Shown piece after piece: positions 29,081 to 38,204 of a DNA stretch of 64,000 bases. How positions within the stretch are numbered: the first letter of the stretch is position 1; the number at the start of each line of letters is the position of its first letter. The notes under the pieces are model-generated. The model was not told the origin of the DNA and made no database searches. It was given only the letters and a program-made list of their open reading frames with translations. Source of the DNA: Eubacteriales bacterium. Lineage in GTDB: Bacteria; Bacillota; Clostridia; Oscillospirales; JAAYXM01. The stretch lies in NCBI GenBank assembly GCA_045586595.1, contig JAZNAQ010000022.1:1605-65604 (forward strand). The letters run 5' to 3'. Both the position numbers and the translations under genes were made by a program.

Positions 29081-30066
29081 TTCAAATATCCTTTCGGATG
29101 AGATTTATGCCAACGCCATGCAGAGCTTACAATCTCATCAAGGTCGGCATGCTTTGGCTTCCATGCGAGGATTGTTCTTGCCTTAGAGGATGATGCTACA
29201 AGCCGCGCAGGGTCTCCTGAGCGGCGAGGTGCGAGCACCTCCGGTATAGGATGCCCTGTAACCCGTCGCGCACTTTTTATAACCTCACGGACAGTAAATC
29301 CTACACCATTGCCGAGATTAAATATATCACTCATGCCACCTTTTTGCAGGTATTCTACCGCGAGGATATGGGCTTCAGCAAGGTCTGTTACATGAATATA
29401 ATCACGAACGCACGAACCGTCTTTTGTATCGTAATCATACCCAAAAACAGAGATGGACTCGCGCATACCGCTTGGAACCTGCAAAATAAGTGGTATAAGG
29501 TGTGATTCAGGATTATGCGCCTCGCCGAAATCCCCGCTTTCGTCTGCTCCGCAGGCATTAAAATAGCGAAGAGATATAAACCTTATTCCGTGTGCAGCCT
29601 CCGCCCATCGAAACATTTTTTCCACTGCAAGCTTTGTTTCGCCGTAAGGGTTTGTCGGGCATGTTCTATCACTCTCAAGTATCGGCACGCGCTCGGGCTC
29701 GCCATATACTGCAGCAGTAGATGAGAAGACTATTTTATCAATTCCCGCCTCAATCATGACCTCAAGAAGAGTAACTGTACCCCCGACATTATTGTTGTAA
29801 TACTTAAGAGGGGCTACTACACTCTCTCCCACAAGCGAACAGGCGGCGAAATGAATGACTGCATCAAAGCCTGCACCGATTAGAACAGAACGCAAAAACT
29901 CTCTATCGCGAATATCTCCACAAAAGAATTCTGCCAAATCATGCACCGCTTCACGATAACCGGTTTGCAAATTGTCTATTACGGTTACCTTATGACCTTT
30001 TTCTATCAATTCTTTAACCGTATGCGAGCCTATATATCCGGCACCGCCAAGAACTGCCACTTTCAT
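29077..30066 (-). CDS. galE: UDP-glucose 4-epimerase
   Basis: 329 aa with GGAGYIGSH Rossmann motif and the SSTAAVYG / YGETK catalytic triad context. Confidence 0.92.
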   Translation of the reverse strand: MKVAVLGGAGYIGSHTVKELIEKGHKVTVIDNLQTGYREAVHDLAEFFCGDIRDREFLRSVLIGAGFDAVIHFAACSLVGESVVAPLKYYNNNVGGTVTLLEVMIEAGIDKIVFSSTAAVYGEPERVPILESDRTCPTNPYGETKLAVEKMFRWAEAAHGIRFISLRYFNACGADESGDFGEAHNPESHLIPLILQVPSGMRESISVFGYDYDTKDGSCVRDYIHVTDLAEAHILAVEYLQKGGMSDIFNLGNGVGFTVREVIKSARRVTGHPIPEVLAPRRSGDPARLVASSSKARTILAWKPKHADLDEIVSSAWRWHKSHPKGYLK

Positions 30067-30078
30067 AACCTACACTCC

Positions 30079-31248
30079 TTAAATTATTCTTATGCCGCCA
30101 TCAAAGCGGAATGAAAGCATTTTGCACATATCATCACCTAACATCTTTTGTATTCCAAGCTTAAACATTTCTGTCATTTCACAAGGAACAAACGCTTCGA
30201 GCGTGCCACCGAATCCCCCGCCCTGTATCCTGACCGCACCCCTGCCGCCGAGAATCTCCTCACATACAGCAAGCGCATATGCCATCTCCTGATTTTTAAC
30301 CGCACCCGATACATATATGTTCTGAAGATACTTAAACGACGAATCACCTGACTCTCTAATAAGCTTTAAGAACCCATCAAAGTTGCCGCATTTCAGGCAT
30401 TTTGCCTCCTCTTTTGCACGTCGGCTGTCACGAAAAAAGTGAACTGCCCGCAATGTGGCGCGGTCTCCCACAAGTTTTCTCACCTGTGAAACCCTGTCGT
30501 AAAACTCGCTCTCAGAAACCTCGCCGAGCACTTTTTCCCCAAATACTTCTGCAACTTTTTTCATCTCAGCAGGAATACTTGCATACTCATCTGTAAGACC
30601 TGCATGGTCAGCCCCTGCATCAATTATTGCAAGGTCATATCCGTATTTTTTTATATCACACTCTATCTTTTCGATTTTTGCCGGAGTATGTGAAAAATCA
30701 ATAAAAACAACTCCGCCCACAGCACATGCAAGCTGGTCCATGAGCCCGCCGGGCTTTCCGAAGTATTCGCGCTCTGCATACTGTCCGATTTCGGCAATTT
30801 CTTCCGGGGTTAAATTTGCGTCAAACATATCAGAAAGCGCAGTTGCCATAAGCACCTCAAATGCCGCAGAAGAGGATAACCCTGAGCCGCGAAGTATATC
30901 TGATACTATATACATATCCGCACCGGATAAATTTTTACCTCTCTTTAAAAATCCGGCTGCAATGCCTCTTACTAATGCCTTGGTCGTGTTTCTTTCTGTT
31001 TCTCTCGGTGATAAATCCGAAAGGTCTATATCTATCTGACGGTATCCTTCGCTTTTTACGCTAATAACACGCTTTCCGTTCTTTGCAACAGCTGCTTTCA
31101 TATCAAGGTTAATACTCGCCGCAAGCACACAACCACACTGATGGTCAGTATGGTTTCCGCCAAGCTCAACTCTTCCGGGCGCACCGTAAACACGAATATC
31201 CTCTTTTTCACCAAACACTCTTTTAAAAGAATTTATAAGTTCTTTCAT
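30079..31248 (-). CDS. galK: Galactokinase
   Basis: 389 aa with the GAPGRVELGGNHTDH galactokinase signature and GHMP motif GSGLSSSAA. Confidence 0.92.
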   Translation of the reverse strand: MKELINSFKRVFGEKEDIRVYGAPGRVELGGNHTDHQCGCVLAASINLDMKAAVAKNGKRVISVKSEGYRQIDIDLSDLSPRETERNTTKALVRGIAAGFLKRGKNLSGADMYIVSDILRGSGLSSSAAFEVLMATALSDMFDANLTPEEIAEIGQYAEREYFGKPGGLMDQLACAVGGVVFIDFSHTPAKIEKIECDIKKYGYDLAIIDAGADHAGLTDEYASIPAEMKKVAEVFGEKVLGEVSESEFYDRVSQVRKLVGDRATLRAVHFFRDSRRAKEEAKCLKCGNFDGFLKLIRESGDSSFKYLQNIYVSGAVKNQEMAYALAVCEEILGGRGAVRIQGGGFGGTLEAFVPCEMTEMFKLGIQKMLGDDMCKMLSFRFDGGIRII

Positions 31249-31323
31249 TTTTTCACCGCCAAATAAGTATTATCTCTATATTATCATTCCCTTTTAAACC
31301 AAAAATACGACCAAATATAAAAT

Positions 31324-31358
31324 AAATATCCACCCCACTCATGGGGTGGATATTTATT
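31324..31358 (-). terminator. Terminator after the cupin gene
   Basis: ATATCCACCCC-ACTCAT-GGGGTGGATAT hairpin flanked by T/A runs. Confidence 0.75.
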
Positions 31359-31703
31359 TTACGGTAATATTATTGCAAATATAACAAGTGGCTCGTTTGT
31401 TCTGTTTTCTATTGAATGGGTTTCTCCAGCAGTTGTCCACATTGCATCGCCTTCACCAAGTTCAAAAACCTTTCCGCAATCGGTAACCGTTGCCGTGCCT
31501 TTCATAACAATGTACATCTCACCCTCTTCGCCATGCGGGTGCTCACCTATAGACTCACCGGGGAGAAGCGTTACCTCAGCAAACATATTCGCCTTATCCT
31601 TCAGCTCTCCTTTTTCAAATATGTGCGAAAACTGTAATGCGCCCTTCCCGCCGCGGAGATTTTCGCGGGTTTCACTTCGTCTTTCACTTTTTAATTTAAT
31701 CAT
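31359..31703 (-). CDS. Cupin-domain protein
   Basis: 114 aa with the cupin motif GESIGEHPHGEEGEMYIV...GETHSIEN. Confidence 0.75.
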   Translation of the reverse strand: MIKLKSERRSETRENLRGGKGALQFSHIFEKGELKDKANMFAEVTLLPGESIGEHPHGEEGEMYIVMKGTATVTDCGKVFELGEGDAMWTTAGETHSIENRTNEPLVIFAIILP

Positions 31704-31816
31704 ATGTGTTTCTCAATCCTCTCGCAAAATATATACCCTATTTTACACTATTTATAACATCAAGTCCAGCAAATAATCGCTATAACACTTGAAAAAACAG
31801 ATGTATCTGGTATATA

Positions 31817-32374
31817 ATGTTAGATGAGGTGAAATATATGCCCGGATTTGGTTTTGTCAGAAGTGAGCTTGAGATAAAAACACTCACTCTTCATGTTCTT
31901 GACTATATTAAACTGTCCGTCACGTTTGACGAGCTTATGCGCTGTGTATTCGTTGACGATGCGATAAACTACTTTAAATTTGCCGACTACTTAAACGGGA
32001 TGGTAGAAACCGGCCATGTTGAAATCTGCTCCGACACCGGAGAGGACAGGTATTCTATAACCCCCAAGGGCGTGCGTGACCTTGAGCACATCCGCACCTC
32101 TGTGCCCGGCTCAGTGCTTCGCAAAGCAGAGAAGGCGTGTGACTCTGTCAGAAAAGAGGTTATCCGTAAGAGCCTTGTAAACGTAAAGGTGGTTGAAGAA
32201 AACGGCAAATTCCGCGCGGACTGCTCGCTTTCTGATGATTCGGGCGAAATATTCTCATTTTCAATGACCGCAATGTCGCGGAGTGATGCAAAAAAGCTTA
32301 CCGCTAATTTTTACAAACACGCCGAGCGCATATATAATGAGTTTCTTCGCGCCATGCTCGATACTTCAGATTAA
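31817..32374 (+). CDS. DUF4364-like hypothetical protein
   Basis: 185 aa (or the start is at MPGFGF, 31838). The family assignment is from memory only. Confidence 0.45.
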   Translation: MLDEVKYMPGFGFVRSELEIKTLTLHVLDYIKLSVTFDELMRCVFVDDAINYFKFADYLNGMVETGHVEICSDTGEDRYSITPKGVRDLEHIRTSVPGSVLRKAEKACDSVRKEVIRKSLVNVKVVEENGKFRADCSLSDDSGEIFSFSMTAMSRSDAKKLTANFYKHAERIYNEFLRAMLDTSD

Positions 32375-32390
32375 TTCCTCAAAAAAACTA

Positions 32391-32419
32391 TTGACAAAGC
32401 CTTATATTTTTTGTATAAT
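32391..32419 (+). promoter_or_regulatory. Consensus sigma-A promoter of the CAU tRNA
   Basis: TTGACA (32391-32396), 17 nt spacer, TATAAT (32414-32419), 17 nt upstream of the tRNA 5' end. Confidence 0.75.
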
Positions 32420-32436
32420 ATATAAGCTTAATATTT

Positions 32437-32513
32437 GGGCCTTTAGCTCAGTTGGCTAGAGCTCCCGGCTCATAACCGGATGGTCCTGGGTTCGAGTCCC
32501 CGAAGGCCCACCA
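32437..32513 (+). tRNA. tRNA with anticodon CAU (elongator Met or lysidine-type Ile2; not distinguishable by eye), CCA encoded
   Basis: Acceptor GGGCCTT/AAGGCCC, D arm GCTC-AGTTGGCTA-GAGC, anticodon loop CTCATAA, T loop TTCGAGT, then ACCA. Confidence 0.88.
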
Positions 32514-32522
32514 AAGAAGATA
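32494..32522 (+). repeat. Direct repeat copy A (CAU-tRNA G57 to CCA, plus 9 nt)
   Basis: GAGTCCCCGAAGGCCCACCAAAGAAGATA is repeated exactly at 32636-32664. Confidence 0.95.
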
Positions 32523-32553
32523 ACACCGATTTTTATCGGTGTTATCTTTTTTT
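32517..32553 (+). terminator. Intrinsic terminator after the CAU tRNA
   Basis: AAGATAACACCGAT-TTTT-ATCGGTGTTATCTT plus T5. Confidence 0.85.
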
Positions 32554-32563
32554 GTGGCATCCT

Positions 32564-32635
32564 GAGGTGGACGAGAACAGCACGGCGACTTGTCGTAAAA
32601 AGGGTGCCGGTGGCACGCTTTTTAGTGCGCGGGTA
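32564..32635 (+). ncRNA. Conserved structured core element (copy 2), function unknown
   Basis: Homologous to 9904-9980. Shared blocks are TGA-N-GGTG, AACAG, P1 GCAC(32580-32583)/GTGC(32625-32628), H1 GCGA-CTTG-TCGT, H2 AAAAAGGGTGCC-GGT-GGCACGCTTTTT, and CGCGGG-YA. It is followed by the tRNA 3' duplicate. Confidence 0.4.
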
Positions 32636-32664
32636 GAGTCCCCGAAGGCCCACCAAAGAAGATA
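32636..32664 (+). repeat. Direct repeat copy B (orphan tRNA 3' fragment)
   Basis: Exact 29-nt copy with no tRNA 5' half preceding it. Confidence 0.95.
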
Positions 32665-32702
32665 CCGCACAGGAGATCAAAATTTCCGTGCGGTATCTTC
32701 TT
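32656..32702. terminator. Hairpin terminator after the orphan tRNA 3' fragment (also abuts the stop of the convergent EAL gene)
   Basis: AAGAAGATACCGCAC...GTGCGGTATCTTCTT, a 15-bp stem. Confidence 0.6.
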
Positions 32703-34096
32703 TAGTTTTTGTCATGCTTATATCTTTTCATAAACAGCTCACTCTCTTCAACCGGAAGCGGTTTCGAATAATACCATCCCTGAACATAATCGCAGTCTGA
32801 TTCTGATACAAGTTTGTTTTGTGCTTCGGTCTCAACACCCTCGCAAATCACCTTAATATTCAGATTGTGCGCAAGAGCGATAATGCCGGAGAAGAGGTCT
32901 CTTCCTTTTTTCGTATCCGTCTTAAGAAGAATATCGCGGTCGATTTTGACAACATCAATCGGATAATCGCAAAGATTAACAAGTGAAGTATATCCGCTTC
33001 CGAGGTCATCGAGATAGACATTAAAGCCGAGCGCCTTGCACTTTGCAACATTCTCCGTTGCCAGTTCCCTGTCTTTTTCCATCGCATCTTCGGTAATCTC
33101 AATAACAAGCTTTGACTTGTCAAATTTATAGCTGTTTGCAATCTCTGTAAATCTGTCAATAAAATTCTCTTCTGAGAGCGTAATTCGCGTGAAGTTACAG
33201 GAAATCATAATATCTTTACATTCTGTATCATTCCACTTTTCAAGCTGACGGCAGACAAGCTCAAACATATAAAAATCAAGTTTACTGATGAGGCCCACCG
33301 TTTCCATGTTTTCTATATACATACTCGGTGGAAGTAACCCCTTGTCCACACTATTCCATCTTGAAAGAGCTTCGGCGGATACTATTTTTTTCGTTTTGTT
33401 GTCAACAACAAACTGCAGATACATCTTAAACTCGTTGTTTTCAAAGCCCTTGAGTATATTCTCTGTAATTTGTTTTTCTTGCTGAATCGAACTCATAGAA
33501 TTGGAATCGCAATATACAATCTGTTTTTCGGTACCAAAAATCCTGTTGCAGTTTTTTCTCAGATTAAAAAGCAAAAGCTCACAGTTTAAATCAGATTCTG
33601 AAAGCGGATATACTGCTGCGTAGAACATAAGCTTTCGCCTTCTGTCTTCTGTCTTTCCAAAAGCATTGAGCGCACCCATAAGCTCATTCAGCCTTTTTTT
33701 GGCGTTCTCATCATCCGTCGCACGGAAAGCAAAAGCAAACCCGTTTTCGGTAATTCTTGCGGAGATTTCTTTTTCTTCTGTATGCTCCGTCAAAACAGAT
33801 GCGGCATACTTCAGCACATCCGTAAATGAATTTCCGTCGTGATACGGTCTTAAATAAGTGCTGTCCAAAATAATATACGCAACATGATACGTACTTCTCA
33901 GGATATCACCTATAGTGTACTTGAAATGATACTTAAAAAACTGCAGGTTCCCTATCCCTGTTTCAGTATCCGTCATTTTGCCTGCTTCTTTTTCTTTTTT
34001 TACTTGCCTTATTTTCACGAGCAAAACCGCTATCAAAACGAGCAAAACAGGAACAAGAACAAACCTTATCAAAATTTTATCCATCGGACTGATCAC
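32702..34096 (-). CDS. Membrane-anchored c-di-GMP phosphodiesterase (degenerate GGDEF-like region + EAL)
   Basis: 464 aa with an N-terminal TM helix and EAL motifs (SAEALSRW, DDLGSGYTSL, VKIDRD, EGVE). Confidence 0.8.
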   Translation of the reverse strand: MISPMDKILIRFVLVPVLLVLIAVLLVKIRQVKKEKEAGKMTDTETGIGNLQFFKYHFKYTIGDILRSTYHVAYIILDSTYLRPYHDGNSFTDVLKYAASVLTEHTEEKEISARITENGFAFAFRATDDENAKKRLNELMGALNAFGKTEDRRRKLMFYAAVYPLSESDLNCELLLFNLRKNCNRIFGTEKQIVYCDSNSMSSIQQEKQITENILKGFENNEFKMYLQFVVDNKTKKIVSAEALSRWNSVDKGLLPPSMYIENMETVGLISKLDFYMFELVCRQLEKWNDTECKDIMISCNFTRITLSEENFIDRFTEIANSYKFDKSKLVIEITEDAMEKDRELATENVAKCKALGFNVYLDDLGSGYTSLVNLCDYPIDVVKIDRDILLKTDTKKGRDLFSGIIALAHNLNIKVICEGVETEAQNKLVSESDCDYVQGWYYSKPLPVEESELFMKRYKHDKN

Positions 34097-34160
34097 CTCT
34101 TTTACAGAACATCATATTCCTTTTTATTTATATAAGGTGTACCACAGACAACTGAAAATA

Positions 34161-34208
34161 AAAAACTGCAACAATAAGAAGCCCTATTACGGGCCCTTAT
34201 TATTGCAG
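34161..34208 (-). terminator. Intrinsic terminator after the GGDEF gene
   Basis: On the minus strand, a roughly 18-bp stem CTGCAATAATAAGGGCCC...GGGCTTCTTATTGTTGCAG followed by U5. Confidence 0.75.
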
Positions 34209-34327
34209 CTGGACTGGCATAGTATAAAACCTTAGCCTCTTGGCTTTGCGTCGCCGACTTTCGCCGGTTTTGCCAAATGTTCAATTTTCACCAGTTTATC
34301 ACACTAAAGCATTTTTGTCAAACACTT

Positions 34328-36628
34328 TTAATCTTTTGCAAAAACCCAGAGTGTTTCGTTAACACGCTCTTCTTCGTCGTTTAACTTATATACGCTGAGA
34401 ATAACAATTTCTCCGTTTACCCTCTTATAAGTAATTTTTGGAGTCTTACCTGCCATAAGCTGTTTTCTGATAGCGTCATAATTCAAGAAACTTGCCATAG
34501 ATCTGTGAAAATCGGGATGCACCATGTCACCCACATACGCTTCCAGTAGCTTTGAAAACTGTTCTTCATTTTCTTTATATCCCAGGTATGATGGCATAAG
34601 GATTCTGTATGCTCTATTCGTATCAAGAGAAACACGGTAGATTCCGTTATAATGCTCTTTCAACACAGAAATCATAGTATCAATTTCGCGAATTCCTGTT
34701 TTAGTCTGAACATAGCTGATATCTTCTGTTTCAACCGTACTCTTGTTTTCTTTGTTCTGGTAATACTGAGCCTTTGCTTCATACATTCTTATCTCAGCTT
34801 CTCTTACCATCTCTTCAGTGTCAGTGTTCTGGGTTCTGTAAGATGTACCGATTGCAACATTATAATTCATCGGCTTGAGTCGCTCTACAAGGAGAGATAC
34901 CCCATTTTTAATCAAACTCGCATCGGTTTCTTTTGCGAAAACAAGGAACTCGTCGCCGCCCATACGGTATATGTTGTGCCCATAAAATACTTCTTTTAAT
35001 GTATTTGCGATAAATATCAACATCTCATCGCCTTTGGCATGGCCGTATTTATTGTTTATGAGATGGAGCTCATTTACGTCAATGTAAACACAAGAAAAAT
35101 CTCTCGGTTTTTCGTTGTCAAACTCGTATAAATCCCTCTTATAAACAACGCGGTTGAGCACGCCCGTGAGCGAGTCTGTTGTTGCTGCATGCTCTGTTCT
35201 GTTGAGATGCTTCTTGTTGTAGAGTGCAATAGAGAAGCAAACGGCAATATTCTCTGCAAGAAGTCTTGCAGCTCTGCTCCTTGCCGGATTTATTGTACCG
35301 ATAATGGTGATCTGATTATCCTTGCTTGTTACGGCAGCAAAAGAAGCTTCTCTTATGCCATGAACTTTTAAAAATTCAAAAAATCTCGGGTTAGTTTTTG
35401 AAAGATGCTCATTCGGAACAATGCGCATGACACTGACGGTTGATTCACTTGTCTTTCGAAGCTGCGCTGAATAATGCAAGAGCTCTTCAATAAAATATTT
35501 TCTGTTCTCGCCGACTAAAAGATTATTTTCGTCTGTCGGCAAAACATAATGATAATTTTCTCCGTCAGTATCAAAAAAATATGCCGACTTTGCCCTTGGA
35601 AATTCACAGATCTTACGGAGTGCTTCTGTTATATTATTCTGCTGCTGATTTATCTCGAGAAGAGTTTTTCTCACATGCGAAGCACAGATAGTTACAGCAT
35701 TCCTCCGTCTTTCGTCAGCCATAACAATCAGCACATACAACACCATTACAACAGCCATCGCAAGGAAGGTGTAAACCAAAACACTTAATATGTTATGCGT
35801 ATCGGCAAAAACCTGTGACTCATATCGAGCAAGCATAATTCCCCAGTTAGAATCCTCTAACGTGGAGTAATGAACATACAAATCCTCTCCCGTAAGTATT
35901 GACTTGAACGAGGAGAATCCTTTATCAGATGTTTTTAACTCTTCATATGTATATCCGTCATTATACTTTCTGTTTTCAAATTGCGATAATTCGCCGGGAG
36001 TTTTGTTGATTGTATCAATAACAAACTTTCCGCTTTCTTTGTCGTACACAAAAAGCTGTGCATCAAGCTCTCTTGCCATTGTTACATACTTCTCACCTAT
36101 TGTTTCAAGCTTTATAACGCCGTACAACATGCCTACTGTCTTTTCGCCAACTTTAATCGGAACAGCGCTTCTTATAATCTCATAATCTTTTCGTGTAAGG
36201 TCAGAAACTCTACCGCTTATATATGCACCTTTACGGGCTTCTTCCTCAAAAGAAATTTTGCCGTTTAAATCCAGCGAGCCCGCTTTTGTAACAAACGTAT
36301 TATCCGGATTCAGAATGCCAATATTCGAGAACAAGCCTATTGGTTCAAATGACGCAAACATCCTGTCATAGTTTTCGCCGTCAGCATACAGCTTTGCAGC
36401 AAAATGCGCCATCGTAACAAGATTTTCTCTGTCAGATTTTATCTGCAGTGTCAAGTCGTCTTTAATCTGCTTTGTCTGAAGATGGAGCATTTCGTATGCC
36501 TCATCTTCAGCCTTTGTATGCAACCAGCTGACCATAGATAAAAATATCGCGCACAACAAAACAACGGTTATAACCGTATAAACAATGTTATTTTGTCTCT
36601 GCTTTCTTTTCCCGTATGTTGCTGCCAT
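34328..36628 (-). CDS. Sensor diguanylate cyclase (TM, extracytoplasmic Cache-like domain, TM, GAF/PAS-like, GGDEF, extra C-terminal domain)
   Basis: 766 aa with an intact RMGGDEF active site. About 190 aa of unassigned domain follow the GGDEF. Confidence 0.8.
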   Translation of the reverse strand: MAATYGKRKQRQNNIVYTVITVVLLCAIFLSMVSWLHTKAEDEAYEMLHLQTKQIKDDLTLQIKSDRENLVTMAHFAAKLYADGENYDRMFASFEPIGLFSNIGILNPDNTFVTKAGSLDLNGKISFEEEARKGAYISGRVSDLTRKDYEIIRSAVPIKVGEKTVGMLYGVIKLETIGEKYVTMARELDAQLFVYDKESGKFVIDTINKTPGELSQFENRKYNDGYTYEELKTSDKGFSSFKSILTGEDLYVHYSTLEDSNWGIMLARYESQVFADTHNILSVLVYTFLAMAVVMVLYVLIVMADERRRNAVTICASHVRKTLLEINQQQNNITEALRKICEFPRAKSAYFFDTDGENYHYVLPTDENNLLVGENRKYFIEELLHYSAQLRKTSESTVSVMRIVPNEHLSKTNPRFFEFLKVHGIREASFAAVTSKDNQITIIGTINPARSRAARLLAENIAVCFSIALYNKKHLNRTEHAATTDSLTGVLNRVVYKRDLYEFDNEKPRDFSCVYIDVNELHLINNKYGHAKGDEMLIFIANTLKEVFYGHNIYRMGGDEFLVFAKETDASLIKNGVSLLVERLKPMNYNVAIGTSYRTQNTDTEEMVREAEIRMYEAKAQYYQNKENKSTVETEDISYVQTKTGIREIDTMISVLKEHYNGIYRVSLDTNRAYRILMPSYLGYKENEEQFSKLLEAYVGDMVHPDFHRSMASFLNYDAIRKQLMAGKTPKITYKRVNGEIVILSVYKLNDEEERVNETLWVFAKD

Positions 36629-36795
36629 TTTGAATATCTTCTTTCATAATTATATATGTATAGCTCTGTTTTTTATATTATACCACTAATTCTTACCTAA
36701 AACAACATAAATGTGTTTTAAAGTGCAAGTATTCTCCACAAAACGCATACACCGCACGGGTGTTTTCGCTTCCCATACGGCGTATTTTGAATAAT

Positions 36796-37467
36796 TTATC
36801 CGTGATATTCACCGTTGTACTGGATGAGAGTAACGTCCTCTACGCCCTCAACTGCGCGTATTTTCTCAAGGATGAAGGTGTCGTTGTTCTTGCAGTAAAC
36901 CTCAACTGCCATTTCAACGACATCCTTTCTGACAGTTTTTGATTTTATGAAATACTTCATCTTACCAAACGCGCGAAGGATGTTGTCCCCTGCCTCGTCT
37001 GTAACGTAATGTATAACCGCTATGTAGATTCTGCCTTTAAGCTGATGCTTGTTGAATATTATGATAATCAATACCATAACTGCGGCAGCCACAAGCACCA
37101 AAAGGTACATATTTGCACCTGAAGCAATGCCTGATGTTATTGCCCAGAACAGGTAAAGAAGGTCAAGCGGGTCTTTTACCGCAGTTCGGAAACGGACAAT
37201 TGAAAGCGCACCAACCATACCGAGCGATATTACGATGTTTGTACTTATGGCAAGAGTTATTACCGCGGTCATAATCGTCATACCAATAAGCGTTACGGCA
37301 AAGCTTCTTGAATAAATAACACCTGTATAGAACTTCTGATAGGTCAGGTATATAACCGAGCCGATTATAATTGCGGTAACGAGTCCGAGCGCAATGTTTG
37401 TCAGACTCAGCCCGTCAAATGCGCCTGATTCAAGTATTGATTTTTTAATAACGTCTTGAATGCTCAT
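36796..37467 (-). CDS. DUF4956-family membrane protein
   Basis: 223 aa with 4 TM helices and a cytoplasmic C-terminal domain. The SIVRFRTAVKDPLDL motif is typical of the family that accompanies VTC/CotH genes. Confidence 0.7.
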   Translation of the reverse strand: MSIQDVIKKSILESGAFDGLSLTNIALGLVTAIIIGSVIYLTYQKFYTGVIYSRSFAVTLIGMTIMTAVITLAISTNIVISLGMVGALSIVRFRTAVKDPLDLLYLFWAITSGIASGANMYLLVLVAAAVMVLIIIIFNKHQLKGRIYIAVIHYVTDEAGDNILRAFGKMKYFIKSKTVRKDVVEMAVEVYCKNNDTFILEKIRAVEGVEDVTLIQYNGEYHG

Positions 37468-37481
37468 ATTTCTATCTCCCC

Positions 37482-38204
37482 TTAATTATCATACCAGTAT
37501 TTTGTAAAAGCGTTCATATATTCGGTTTTCTCGTAGCAAAGAACATATTTTGATACCGCTGTGAACTCCGAACCTCTATCAGGCAGTATCTCGCGAACAC
37601 CCTGCGGAAGAAACTCCGTAAATTTCACTTCCATAACACATTTCCCCGGTTCAAGCACCGGAAGGGTCGGAAGGGTTGAATCAAATATATCAAAGCTCCC
37701 GACAGCCGCCCGAACATCCATATCAAAAGTTATTCTGACCGTACCCTCATCAGCAATCCACGGCTCACGATCATAGTCAACGGTCACCCTCGGGCGCATA
37801 ACATTAGATACACACTCAAAATAAAACTCTCTTAAGAGGGGCTTATCACTCTGAAGCAGAAAATCATAATGTCCATCTAAAATTTTATAAACTTCATCTC
37901 GTGAAAGGCTCGCCGCTTCTTTGAAAATGTAGCTTCCGTATTTTTTCTTTCGTTCTAATTTTATGCTTGAATCAGAGCAGTTGTATATGCGGATGCGGTA
38001 TTTTTTTCGTTGAAGAAAACCACCCTCTTTTTCTTCATAAGCCGTATTGTAGTAATCGTCAAAATAAAGACTTCGTATCATATATCCGCCGTTTTTCGCG
38101 TGTTTATCAAGTTCGAGATACGGTGAAAGCCTTTTGCAGATTACCTCTTTTTGTGCAGTATCAATAAGATACTTCCACTCGTTTCTGTATCTCTCAGCCT
38201 TCAT
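37482..38204 (-). CDS. VTC-domain (polyphosphate polymerase-like, CYTH-type) protein
   Basis: About 240 aa from ATG 38204 (RBS GGAGGA 6 nt upstream, inside the cotH 3' end). YRNEWKY...RSLYFD...RKKYRIRIY are typical of bacterial VTC-domain proteins. Confidence 0.72.
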   Translation of the reverse strand: MKAERYRNEWKYLIDTAQKEVICKRLSPYLELDKHAKNGGYMIRSLYFDDYYNTAYEEKEGGFLQRKKYRIRIYNCSDSSIKLERKKKYGSYIFKEAASLSRDEVYKILDGHYDFLLQSDKPLLREFYFECVSNVMRPRVTVDYDREPWIADEGTVRITFDMDVRAAVGSFDIFDSTLPTLPVLEPGKCVMEVKFTEFLPQGVREILPDRGSEFTAVSKYVLCYEKTEYMNAFTKYWYDN

